Below, piece after piece: positions 40,339-51,864 of a DNA stretch of 64,000 bases. The number at the start of each line of letters is the position of its first letter. The first letter of the stretch is position 1. Both the position numbers and the translations under genes were made by a program. The DNA lies in assembly GCF_041146345.1 (NCBI RefSeq), contig NW_027191402.1, forward strand, positions 620,001 to 684,000, read 5' to 3'. Below the pieces are notes generated by a model. It was not told the origin of the DNA. It made no database searches and saw only the letters and a list, made by a program, of their open reading frames with translations. This stretch comes from Neodothiora populina. Its lineage: Eukaryota.

Positions 40339-40368
<30 letters not shown>

Positions 40369-40398
40369 CTTCTTCTTCTTCTTCTTCTTCTTCTTCTT
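40339..40398. repeat. (CTT)20 microsatellite
   Basis: Perfect trinucleotide run upstream of the NTF2-RRM gene. Confidence 0.95.
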
Positions 40399-41170
40399 TC
40401 AACTTTATCTCATCAAGCGCCAGCGAGAGCTTCGCAAAGGCCTGGAAGCTTCGCACTGTGAATTCCGCCCATTGGCCTTGGCATTTCTTTTTTGCTTCCA
40501 TTGTGCTTGTAATTACTGAAGGCAGCGCAGCGCACGCAATGACCATCTCCTGCTGTACAAGTACTGTACCTTATCCATTTCTACTTTTTCCTTATACGGA
40601 GCGATCACCTACTTGCAGTAAGGTCCAGGTATAACTAAGCTACCTAACCTACGGCAACTGTACTGTGCCGTACTTTGGCTCAAAAGCTAAGGTACCTTAC
40701 CTTAGGTGCTGTAGATCAGGAAGATCAGGAAGGTAGGCAATGTGATGACCCTGTACACTACAACGCTTTTTCATGGTTACAATGTACCGTATTCTGTACC
40801 ATATCTCAGCAAGTCCACGTTACGCGGCTTGTACATTTAGAAATGTGCTCATCGACCAATACAAGCACCGTGATACACGTGGCCAATAAGAGCATCGAGC
40901 ATCCAGGCCAACAGACCTACACATGTTGATGCTCTGCACCATGCGAACGACAACGTCGTACGACTTACGGCCAGCCTTTCCACAAGCATCCAATGCTCGC
41001 AGTCAATTAATGCCTTCTTGAGCAATAGCTGGTAGATCCGACCATTTAATGTGCCGCCAGGTATTCTCTCATTACATCGATTCGTCTATAGTGAGCAACC
41101 GTGCCAGCATCCCTTTCTCCGGCGGTCATGCATTATAGCAATAGATAGCCTCTGCCGTATCCCGCTATGC

Positions 41171-41650
41171 CTATTTGCAGTCCTCGCATTCCTTATTCTC
41201 TTGCTTCGCATGTTCCGCTGCATCTGCTTGAGGAGCTTGCGCAGAGCCAGCCTGCACTGCTTGCGTGTTCCCTTCGGCCGCGGCACCACCAGTACTAGCA
41301 CTCACATGAGGCTTCTTATCCGAGTGACCCAGATCACGGTCAGGCTCAATGTGATCGCGAAGCTTCTGCTTCAACACTTTTGTCTCGGGGAATCCTCCCT
41401 CTGTTTTCCTGTCCCATAGCAAGACCTCCGCTGGACTGCTTTCTCCTGACTCGGTGGCGGTTTCATACGTCAAAACTACGGAGAAGAGACCTCCCGTGGC
41501 GGGTATCAATGCGATCTCGCCGATTGCTGTCGAGAAGGTCGTGAGGAGCTCTTGTGCCACCCAGGCGGCGCGAAGCATCCACCGGCATTGCGTGCAATAG
41601 CTGATGGCGATTCGGGGTAGTCTGGGAGGAGTAGGTCGACCGGTAGACAT
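41171..41650 (-). CDS. SelT/SelW/SelH (Rdx) family thioredoxin-like protein, Cys form
   Basis: PRIAISYCTQCRWMLRAAWVAQELLTTF..LIPATGGLF..LWDRKTEGGFPETKVLKQKLRDHIEPDRDLGHSD. Confidence 0.9.
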   Translation of the reverse strand: MSTGRPTPPRLPRIAISYCTQCRWMLRAAWVAQELLTTFSTAIGEIALIPATGGLFSVVLTYETATESGESSPAEVLLWDRKTEGGFPETKVLKQKLRDHIEPDRDLGHSDKKPHVSASTGGAAAEGNTQAVQAGSAQAPQADAAEHAKQENKECEDCK

Positions 41651-42202
41651 GACGTGATTGATCGCAAGTATATACTATGTCGGAAAGCTGTCAGGCTTAG
41701 AGCATACAAGACCGGTGGCCGATGATGTACGTACTGCACTGTAGATCAAGTGGTTGTTGATCTAATCTTATCAGGCTTGACTCTGCCCCTAGAAATGTGA
41801 TCCGAAGCCACGGGAACTAGGTATCTACGTACCTTGGTTCTCTCGGTATGCTCAAACATTCCCGACCTTCTACTTTCCTTCTCTGCATTGTTGATCAACA
41901 CCATCTTAGGACCTCCTGTGGTGATCTCGATGTAGCTACAACGTTCAATGGAACACCTGGACTCAGCCGTCCGCTTTGCGACCCTGTCTCACCGCCAAAG
42001 TCGGCTGTTGCTCTCATTGGCTTGCTGAATTATGCTGGATGGTATATCCATCCTGTAAGTCTAAATGTTCAGGTTGACAAGCAACATTCTTAATATTTTC
42101 AGTTAACTACTACATTGACTTTACTTCTGTGATAGCCCATGATGAAACAGATCGGTGAGGACTGTTGTCTGATATATCTGAGCCAGAGAACCTAAGACGG
42201 GT

Positions 42203-43489
42203 TCACACTGCATTCCGAATACTGCGCTCTCCAGCCTCCCACACCGACTGCAGATGTTTCGAATCATCTAGGCGTGCTCGCTCCGCAGCCTGGGCCCATT
42301 CCCTCACATTCGCAGCATTGGGAGGGACCAGGTGACTCTCATCAGCAAGACGGTGCACAAGATGATTCCTCTTCTCTATTGTTGAGGCGAGCTGTCGGCG
42401 AATGAAACTAGCTTCCTGTGATAACGTAGGCTCATATTCAGAAACATCATGCAGCTGTTTGGCGTATGGTAACACGTCGAGCGCTGATGGTTGGACAGCA
42501 CCTTGTTTCGGACGCTGCTCGGGCACAGCGACGTTTCGCTCTGTCATCGGTGGCTGCTTGGTTATCGCAGGTGAAGCTTTAGCGATTCGTAATGAAGCAA
42601 TTAGGTCTTGACGTGCCTCGACATAACTCTGATAGACATTTTTCACATCAATCAGACGTGTACTTGACTCGTCTGCCTCTGCAGTCCGAGTATCGGTTTC
42701 AGCAGCAATGATGGCTTCTTCATTCTCAGAAATCTTAGCAAGTTCGGTCTCTAGCCATGCGATCATGACATTGCGAGCGTACTTCAATGCAGTAACTTTC
42801 GGACTGTCGTCTGCTTCGCCATCAAAGCCCTCTGGCGGGGCTGCTTCAATCACAGAGTCCTTGTCAGCAAGACTTCGCGCCTCAATCACAGCTGTCTTGA
42901 GTCGAAGAGTCTCGGTAGTGACATCCTGAAGTCTCTCACTTCCCGCCGTCATCTGTAAAGGCGGTGCGGAACCGTGGGGTTGCTTGACCATGCCGAGGAC
43001 GTTGTCCGTATTGCCATACGGAGATTGCAATCGCTGTTCATCAATTTCAGAAACAGCACGCTCGATGATCCTCAACTTGCGCTCACGCTGCTCTCGACGT
43101 ATAGACGCGATAGCATGCTGAGCAGTGTTCATCTGCAACTGAGAGCTTCTAGCTGTGCTACTAGTGTGCAGTTGAGCCAGATCATGCTCAAGCGCTTGGA
43201 GTCTGCGAGAAGCAGCCTGATGCGCGACGACAGCTTTTTCATGAATGGCGTGAACACCACTCGAGCCAAAAGACTCATGCCCATAGGTCTTCGAACTATG
43301 ATCACTGTTGTAGAGGGTAGTGAACACCGTGATCGGCCGGTCTGGTTCGCCGCACCGCTCGTTGAACACTCGGTCTATCACCTGGCGCACATGGGCCACC
43401 TCGCTCCTGGCCCTGATGTACGGCTGCAGAGCGTCCTCGAGCTCTGGAAGTGGACAGGCTACATGTCGATGGCCGGCCTCAGCCATCAT
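42203..43489 (-). CDS. Hypothetical helical/coiled-coil protein (428 aa)
   Basis: Uninterrupted ATG ORF with amphipathic helices (LEDALQPYIR, ARNVMIAWLETELAK, HRLADESHL). Function not recognised. Confidence 0.75.
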   Translation of the reverse strand: MMAEAGHRHVACPLPELEDALQPYIRARSEVAHVRQVIDRVFNERCGEPDRPITVFTTLYNSDHSSKTYGHESFGSSGVHAIHEKAVVAHQAASRRLQALEHDLAQLHTSSTARSSQLQMNTAQHAIASIRREQRERKLRIIERAVSEIDEQRLQSPYGNTDNVLGMVKQPHGSAPPLQMTAGSERLQDVTTETLRLKTAVIEARSLADKDSVIEAAPPEGFDGEADDSPKVTALKYARNVMIAWLETELAKISENEEAIIAAETDTRTAEADESSTRLIDVKNVYQSYVEARQDLIASLRIAKASPAITKQPPMTERNVAVPEQRPKQGAVQPSALDVLPYAKQLHDVSEYEPTLSQEASFIRRQLASTIEKRNHLVHRLADESHLVPPNAANVREWAQAAERARLDDSKHLQSVWEAGERSIRNAV

Positions 43490-44182
43490 TTTCTTTCCTC
43501 TTTCTCCCTCGCGAGTCGTGACGCAGATAGAGGCGAGGATCGGGCAATAAGGCAGATACCCGACTACCTAGTCAACAGATGGGTTTGAGATAAAGTCCGG
43601 AGGAGGTAAACCGATATCAGATGGCGGACGCGGCCTTGGCGCGTGGGTTTCCTGGGTGCGCTACTCTACCTCAAACATCACGTACGAGCATTCGAGCGAA
43701 GGTGGTAAAATAGATTTTAGACGTGTGACATAAATAGCTGAAATCTGACAACACACAAATCGCGCTATTCGCATATAGTAAGGTCTGCTCGCGTAATAAA
43801 GAACGGTGTGTTTTGTTTACCTTGAGGCAGACAAAGAGGTATCTGGCTTAAGATAGACGCTTAATATGCAGTGCTGCTCGGAGTTTCCTTAGTCATTGTA
43901 GTCGCCGCTATCTGATACATGCATTCCTTATTACATGCTGCTATGTAACGTGTGTGATAGAGCATCCTCGCCCTGCGGATTTCAAAAAGTGGACGCGTGT
44001 TTCATGGTGGTGCTCAAAATAACAGCGGGCTGTCGTTAAAAGACGAATGTGGGAAGGTAGAAGTACTGTTATTACCACTGTTATTGATATTATCATTATT
44101 AGTAAGTTATAGCAAGCGCAAGAACATTGTTCGGTTCCTGAATTCAGAAACTGTACATAGATCTCAATAGATCGCCCTAATA

Positions 44183-45259
44183 TCACTGAGCTCCCTCTTC
44201 GGCCTCACGATGCTGAGGGCTAGGGTGCTCTGCATGCTTCGCCGGGTCAAATGCGTACAGAGGAAACTCGAGGAGGATGCTGCGCTTGACGAAAACCGGT
44301 AGTTTCCTGTACAGCTGTGGCGGAAATGGGATGAGTATGCTGGTCTTGTCCAGATAGGCAGCATACTCGGTCCACCCATCGCCTTTTTCATAGATCTTCT
44401 TTGCCCTAGGTCTCTCCTGAAGGTTGAGACCGGACACGAACATCAACAGCGTCGTCAAAAAGATCGGACCCAGAATGCTTGCAAACAACGCTGAGCGTGC
44501 ACCGCCGTGCACAAAAGCGTAAGAAGCGGGTGTGACAGCCATCATGAAGATTGCTGATACATATCAGTAAGAAAACACGCATATTATCGCACATATGTAC
44601 TCACAAAACTGAATGAGGATCTCACCAAAGTAGTTCGGATGCCTTGAATACTTGAAGAAACCAACATCACATATCGCCGCTGACTGGCCTTTATGTGTGT
44701 TCTTGAACCGATATTTCTGGATGTCACTGACGCTCTCCATGATGAACCCAATCGCAAACCCAATTATAGCAATTATATCAGTAGCTTTGTTAAACGAAGG
44801 CTGGGAATATGCGTTGACTTTGGGCGAATTAAGTATGGTGACTGGTAAGCTCACTGTCCAGACCTGTTTTTGTTAATATCTACCTGGGCAGCATCAAGAG
44901 CACCCTTTGCCTACCCATATCATTTGAGCCACCCAGAATCCGAGGAACGGAAAGAACTTGTTACGCTTGTCATCGAATCTGTCATCACTGCCTGTTTTCA
45001 GGATCCTGAAAAGAAGAAATCCAGATAATCTCGCTCCCCAGACGATCAGGAAAAGAGAGTCAACAATCTGTCGCGCATTTGGAGAGCCTGAGAATGCCAA
45101 AGTGATGATCGAAAGAACAACAAAATTGGTGCCACCAGCAAAGTCGGTGACTTTGTCGAATTTAAATGTCCATGCAACAGCAAAGAAGGAAAGTTGATAG
45201 CCGACGGTCACAAGGAATGTAATTGCAAGGTAGTAGTCATCAAGGACATGTACGGCCAT
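44183..45259 (-). CDS. DUF1295 / steroid 5-alpha-reductase-like membrane protein, 3 exons
   Basis: Exons 45259-44915, 44863-44605, 44553-44183; motifs FDKVTDFAGGTNF, DDRFDD, QMIWVWTVSLP, YSRHPNYFGE, YLDKTSILIP. Confidence 0.9.
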
Positions 45260-47448
45260 CGTACGGTATTCGTGAGAGGTGAATTTGTTTTGTTGGCTGT
45301 GAAATATCCGGCTGTCGCAGGGGTCCTCTATAAGGTATGTCTATGTTGTTGCCTATGACGAGCTTCCTAATACTATTGAACCTTTTCTACAAGCACATCA
45401 TAGAGTATGCAGAAAGATATATTTCGTTGATGTGTGAAGTCATGATCCTTGCTATCATTGAGTATGACCGCCTGCGCTGCAGTGATCCAGCTGCAGAATC
45501 GTAGACGTCAGAAGCCAAGGAAGCCTAATGGACCTAAAATTCCGACATCGTGAGATACGCGAGATCGAGCAGCAGTCTGGCGGGAAGAATGGCAAGCCGA
45601 TCAGCCATGTGCAAAAAATGCAGCATTGAACAGACAACAGGTCCAGCGCAACATGATCTCCATGATCGTAGGCGTGCAGCTTTTTGTTGGGTTTCCACAC
45701 TCGCATTACAAAGTCCCCCAAGCTTCACGAAGGTTGTACAAGTACATGCTAAAAAGCATAACGTTGCTTGCTTTGTCCCTGTGGCATGAGGCGGTAACGC
45801 GATCGAAGCGGATTCAAGCCACGAAAGTCACCTCGAGGAAATCAGGCTTGTGCACGCCGTCAGAGATGTTATAGAAGCCATTCAGACCATTCGAGCCACT
45901 CCAACATTGTGGTTTTGGGGTCTTAACGAGGAACACTCACCCCTGTTCGTATGGTTCTTGTACTGTAGCAGTGCAGGTCTACCGAATACTGTACCTTCCT
46001 TCGTTCACACGGCCCCGCAGTCGCCATGTGGACAGAACCCACAGCCAAGCTCCACTGATTGTGGTCTCTGAATCGGACCCATCAGTGAAATTATCGACCC
46101 CTTTGATATGCGACAGGTAGTGTATTATCCTGGGCCTGACGTAGAGGTCTGTAAACAGGTTCTCAGCTGAGCTCTTCTCACCTCTCTATCCCAGTGTCGC
46201 TTGACGATGCATTGATGCCTCACCGTTGTCCATAGTCGACGCGTACGTGGGTACTTTTAGGTAGCATGTCCAGCGACGGTGCGCGACGCCGTTGCAAGCA
46301 ATGTCGCGCTCGTATTTCGCAGCCTTGCTCACATAACGCCTCTGCGAGTTGGTTAAATGGTAAATCACGATAAGCTACTGGTGGCGCTGGGGCGGATCTG
46401 TCGCGCTCGTTCATTTTTGTCCGAGTTTTGGTCGCTTCCGAAAAGCCCGCCGGCAAGAAAGTGAACTCTGGCGATAAATTAAAAAGCTATCTACACAAAG
46501 TATCTGTGTACTGTCCACCACCACATCGTGAGATATACGGTAAGGCAAAAAGTCGGTACCTGCCTCGTTGTACCTTAACCCGGCCTCTCTTTTTCATTTA
46601 ATGTGGTCCGGCTGACTTGCTTCTTAGTCGAACTCACTGCGTCAGTCGTGCACGAGTCATAGCTTGCACTCAAACCTCGGTTGTCCACAAAGACACATTA
46701 GAGTGCGGCGGGTAGGGAGCCTAGTAAGTTGGCCACGGCCGTGTGAGGGGACACGGTAGCATCGGGCGAAAACGCCAAAGGCGCCAGAGACAGGCACGCC
46801 ATCTGATTGGACAGATGCGGGAGAGACAACGCGTAAGCGCAGTAACGTTGAGACGACCAGCACTTGGCCAATATACCTAAACGTCCTTTCGCGAAAAAAA
46901 CCATGGTATTTGTCTGGTAAAACACGGGACACCTTCGAACTTGAGGTACGTACTGTGTACAACGCCATCGGTACATGCTGAAATGGAGTTGGTATAGCGA
47001 CCAAACCACAAGCCGTGATAATGCGTGCTTTTGAGAAACGTTTCTCGGTTGCAAGAAAGAATATTGGACGATAGCAGGTCTGCTGCGGTGCTATTAACTT
47101 TTGGCTGCCTATCTGTGCAAGCTCTACCTCCCTCTCTTGCCTGTGATGCTCCGCACCCCTGTCCATTTTCAACGCCGGATAAATTCCAATATAAAAAAAA
47201 CCATGGGTATCAAGGTAGAAGCGTAGCGACCGTATGAAAGATATTAGTCCCTCCCCCCGGGAGGTGACGGCGGCTGGTGAGTGACCCGCTTGTAATCACC
47301 AACAAAAATCCAAAGGAAACAATTATTACAAGATCGTGAACCTGTAGTGGCCGATCAAAGTTCAGTGGTACATGCGAACGTCCGACGGCGATGCGAATTC
47401 GTAAATCTGGCAAGTGTTGCGCGGACGACCTTCGAGCATGTGTCGGTT

Positions 47449-48634
47449 TTACTCTTCCTCAGGAGAGGCTTGAGAATCGGTCTCGCCTTTGTGGACTTTG
47501 CGATGACGTCGGAGGTTCGAGACGACCGAGAAATGACGACCACAGCCCTCAACGTCGCAGGCGAAAGCTACAAAAGACAGTCAGTAAATAAGAATATATC
47601 GTGAATAGGAAATTGCATGACGTACGCTTTTCTCCAGTGTGACTGTACATGTGCGTCTGAAGAGAACTGGGGCGTGTGAAACGCTTGTCGCAGATCTTGC
47701 ACTTGTGCTTCTTCTGCGAGCTGGACGAGACCTTGGAGCTGAACTGGCCCATCATAGATTGGGGCGCAGGGGGAAGAGCGCCACCAGGGAGGCCTGAAGG
47801 TCGGGGAAGGGTGCGCGAGGGCATGTCGACGGACTCGCTGGCGGAGCTGTAGTCGCCGTATGATGCTTCGCTGACAGATCCATAGTACGATGACGGATAT
47901 GTGCTCGCGGAAGAGATAGACGAGTGAGCAGAGTGTGTCGAAGGGAAACCGTAGGAATCGGAAGAGCTGCGGCTCGAGCCTTGGTTGCCGTAGATGTTTC
48001 GCGGGGTGATATCCTGGCTCATGGCGACCATTCCTCGGCTGGCATCAAGGGCGTCACTGAAGCTGTTGCGCTCAGCCTCGGTAGAAGTGTGTAGCCTGTT
48101 GAAGTCAATCAAAGAGCTCTGGCGGTGCTTATTCATCTGCACGGGATCCATAGGGACTATGTTAGAGGCTACTAACGGGTGCGAGGAACGTCGGTCGTGG
48201 TGGTAGACATATTGGCTTCGAGGCTGAGAGAAGTCTGTTTGGTACTGGGGCGCAGAAGTGGGAGCATAAGTGCTGGCAGGTGCCGGCGCCGTGTATGCTG
48301 TTCCATATGGGCGCGGGGCATTGAGCGTATCTTGCTCTGGTAAGCTGATTTGTGTGTACAGGCCGTCCAACGAAGCAATACCTGAAGGCAAAGTGGGCGC
48401 CTGGATGGCAGCCGAATGATAGGGCAGCGAGACGTTGGTCGTGGTTCGTCCCACGAGGTGATGAGCACCAGGGTCACTGACGATCGAAGTTTGAGGCAAC
48501 GAGGTAGGGTAGATCTGCCCGGAGGTCGCGCCGGACACCCAGGGATTGGTGAAGTGAGGAGGTGGTTGCGGATACCGCATTTGCTCGTACGACAGGCCTA
48601 ATGTTTGCTGACGGCTATCGACTGCCATGGCCAT
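47449..48634 (-). CDS. flbC: C2H2 zinc-finger developmental regulator FlbC, 2 exons
   Basis: N-terminal PHFTNPW; fingers KKHKCKICDKRFTRPSSLQTHMYSHTGEK|PFACDVEGCGRHFSVVSNLRRHRKVHK across intron 47625-47568, matching FlbC/Fle1 as I recall them. Confidence 0.85.
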
Positions 48635-51265
48635 GTTGACGATGATGACGATGATGTGATTGGATAGAGCGGAAGGAAGGTGTATTACTGGAGAGAGAAA
48701 AAGGGACAAAGAAAAAAACAACGATATGTGTGGCAAGCAGCAGGCACACACGGCTTGTTTAGAGGGGAAGTGGTAGGGATATGTGCAGAAGACGAAGCTT
48801 GTATGTTTCGATACGCGCGTGTCGAAAGGAGTGTTGCAGAGGAAAACGTGGAGAGGACTGATCAGCGTGAGCTCAAGGGATCAGCGATGCTTATGAGTTT
48901 CGTTTCCCTCCACGATGGGGAATGGTTTTGAAGTGTCGCGTCCAGATGGGATGGGGACTTTGACGGCTAGGCCGCAGACGGTCGACGAAGAGAAGCTTAA
49001 TTGTGCGGATTGTACAAGCGGCTCGACTCAATGTCGGGCAAAAGGTTCTGCACTGGTGGGGGTCCGGGGGTTTTGCGTCGACTCTTTACTTCTTTTGGGA
49101 TTGGGGAAAAATGGAGCTCGTTTCATCAGAGGACGATCGTCGACTCAAATACTGCGCTCGTCTTTGACGGTTATGACGAAACTAGGTCCCATTGCTTGAC
49201 TTCTGGTGGCTGCCAAACAACGCAGGGTCTTGTTGCGGAGATGGGAGGGTCACAGCTGGCCATCTACGTCACCTTCTCTTATAGGACGCCTCCCAAGCGC
49301 CTGTGATGTCTTCATCCCCGAATAAGGACCACCAATCCTGGTCCTCTAGCCAATCCCCTGCGCGCCAGACGCCCGGTGCTCTCAACCACATATTTCTTCT
49401 CTCGCCTGCGTTTCCTTTATACAACCTATGACGGCCTCATCGCTCTCTGGTCGACGTCGAGCACCACCCCCTCTCCTCTGCGCGATGGAAAAAAAGTGCT
49501 CCACACATGCTCTATTACTGCACTGAACCCCCTTTCACGTTCCAACGCGCGATTTTGGCGCATCATCACGGTTCCCATCGCACATACCTTCTTCTCCAGC
49601 ATGCCTATCAGCCCGTCCCTCTGGTAGGTCCCTCTCTAGTTTTTCGGATAGAGCAGTCTGTGCCTTGTTCGCACCCTCCAGATACCATCCTGCAAATAAG
49701 CGCATGTCTTACTCAATGACTACCGCCCTGGGTCGGGGACCCGTTTAGTACGTTTAGTCTGCTGGCGCATTTAGCCTTCCGGTCGGCTTATTATGCTTAA
49801 GCTAAGCACATGCGGTGGAGGCTGAGCAGACTTGACGTCTGTGTAACTTGGGACGGCAAAAATGCTGGCTCTCGCAGAGAACCCCGGGAAGCCCTCTCTC
49901 TCTTGTGACCCAGGTCATACTTTAAAAACTCTACTACACCCACCCAGGCTCGTATAAACTTAACCTAGCTGCTTAGATCGCTCAAATTATCAGGCTCTCT
50001 TTTCATCATCTGTGGACATGTGATCACTCGTGAAATGACAAGAGATTCGCTGGCCACGCATGATATTGGAAGCTGATAATTACGGTCCACTCGCAGCGCT
50101 AAGTCAACTGTGATGCGCAAAGACCCCTTCACCGCTTGGAATGCTTCTTGCCTACCTAGGTAGCTAGCACACACTCAAATGGCGTTCGCTGCGTATGCGT
50201 GCGACGACTGGGTGGAGGTTCCGCTAGTGGACCTCCGCTGCTTATGTGGAGCTTGTTCGCAATCTTCTTTTCACAATTCCCGGACCTTTGCTGTTATTGG
50301 CTTGCATGGCTTTGCCAAGGCTTGCGTGCGTTAGCCACTGCTGTTTCACAAATCCCGCTAGCATTAGTGGGCACGCCATCTTTCCTGACTTTTTCTCACA
50401 TTTGTGCAGAGCTTCCCCTTGGACCTTCTCAAGCCCACCGACCGCACCGCGCTGAGCCTAGCGCGCTTGCATACCGGTCGGATGCCTGCCTGCATGATCA
50501 GTGCGAAGCCAATTTCGTCCAAAATCGTTCAGAAGTTAGGGAAGCCGAGTTCTCACAATTTACTGTTTGTGGCTCTGTGCCTTGACCTCTTGATCATACC
50601 ATACCATTTTGGTGTTGCCTCGCACAGCCAAAGTTAGACTTCTGTCGACAACGCCGATCCCCTAAGCCAGAAGCTATACTTTGCATGGCTTGGGCGTTGA
50701 TAAGATCATCTGCGCCGAACGCTTTCTTAAATGGCACTGCATGCCGATGAGTCTATTTGCTTGCTATGCCCGGAACGTTTGCGTGGGGGGCAAGATTTTT
50801 GCTCTATCGAGTCAGTATACATATAGCCTGATTAAATGGCGCATGGTTAATGATATATCGGGGAGGAAGATGATGAAGAGAAATTGCTGTGATTGGAGTG
50901 TGGACTGGGGGGCGAGCTGTAAATGCGAATTAGACGTGTGTGTGTGTGTGTGGCGATGTCATGGGGATAGGCCGCGTTGATAGGACGAATGCACACCGCA
51001 GCCAGTCACTGAAAGAGCACTTTGCAAGCGACGTGAGCGCTGTCTCTCTGTTCAGTGGTTGGCTGCTTTCCTGAGCCCGAGTCTGGCAATTCGAGGCCCC
51101 AAAATCCGGCAAAAAGCTCAAGCGATATCTCCAAATGTCTCCATAACGCCAAGTAGATGCTAGTGCTCCAAAGAGCATGGCACAAAATGTACAGTACCCA
51201 CACCACACGCTCAATCCAGTATGAGATGTCTGTGCTGCCTCGACCCTTCCGTCCAATGTGCGGTC

Positions 51266-51267
<2 letters not shown>

Positions 51268-51297
<30 letters not shown>
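51268..51297. repeat. (TG)15 microsatellite (a shorter GT run lies at 50936-50951)
   Basis: Read directly. Confidence 0.9.
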
Positions 51298-51300
<3 letters not shown>

Positions 51301-51742
51301 GTCCACTTGTGGTCGTCCAAGGCAAAAGGTAGCGTTTCCCGGGTCCTTGGTGGCGAGCGCCGAGCAATATCCGCCACTTCCCGGCAGATTGACCCCATTC
51401 AATCAAGATGTGTCAAACCAGAGTACCGGAGCAATCTTGTCCAGATGTCTCATCGTGAAACAACTGCCCTCGAAGAAATGATCACCATTGAATGCATTGA
51501 ACCATTAACCACAAGGTTTCCAGAAGAACTAATCTCCATGTATATCTGGAGATGATGTAGAAGTAAAACCGAAATTGTCCCCCAGCCCATTTCCGCGCAC
51601 ACTCTCTGATGGTGCCCGCTGTGATCTACCAGATTCTGTATACTCTATATTGTGACGTGTGGTAATGGAGCGAAAAGGGGTAAAGCTATCATGTGCCATC
51701 ATGAACCGGTCGCAAATGCCATCCCAACATGCAATCACACGA

Positions 51743-51786
51743 TCTCATCCCTATGTACTCAACGTCTCATCCCTATGTACTCAACG
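51743..51786. repeat. Perfect 22-bp tandem duplication TCTCATCCCTATGTACTCAACG x2
   Basis: Read directly, just downstream of the kinase stop codon. Confidence 0.9.
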
Positions 51787-51864
51787 CCTCAGCCCATGCT
51801 ATCACGGCTGGCGAATGACAAAAATGTGTTCAATGGCTCTTGCGCCGCGCAATGCCAACTATAC

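Noticed and set aside
40247..40546. Poly-Glu and poly-Phe ORFs (also the KRKEK ORF at 16034-16240)
   Set aside because: Translations of microsatellites.
41171..41650. Selenoprotein (Sec-containing)
   Set aside because: The motif is CTQC with ordinary Cys codons; there is no in-frame TGA.
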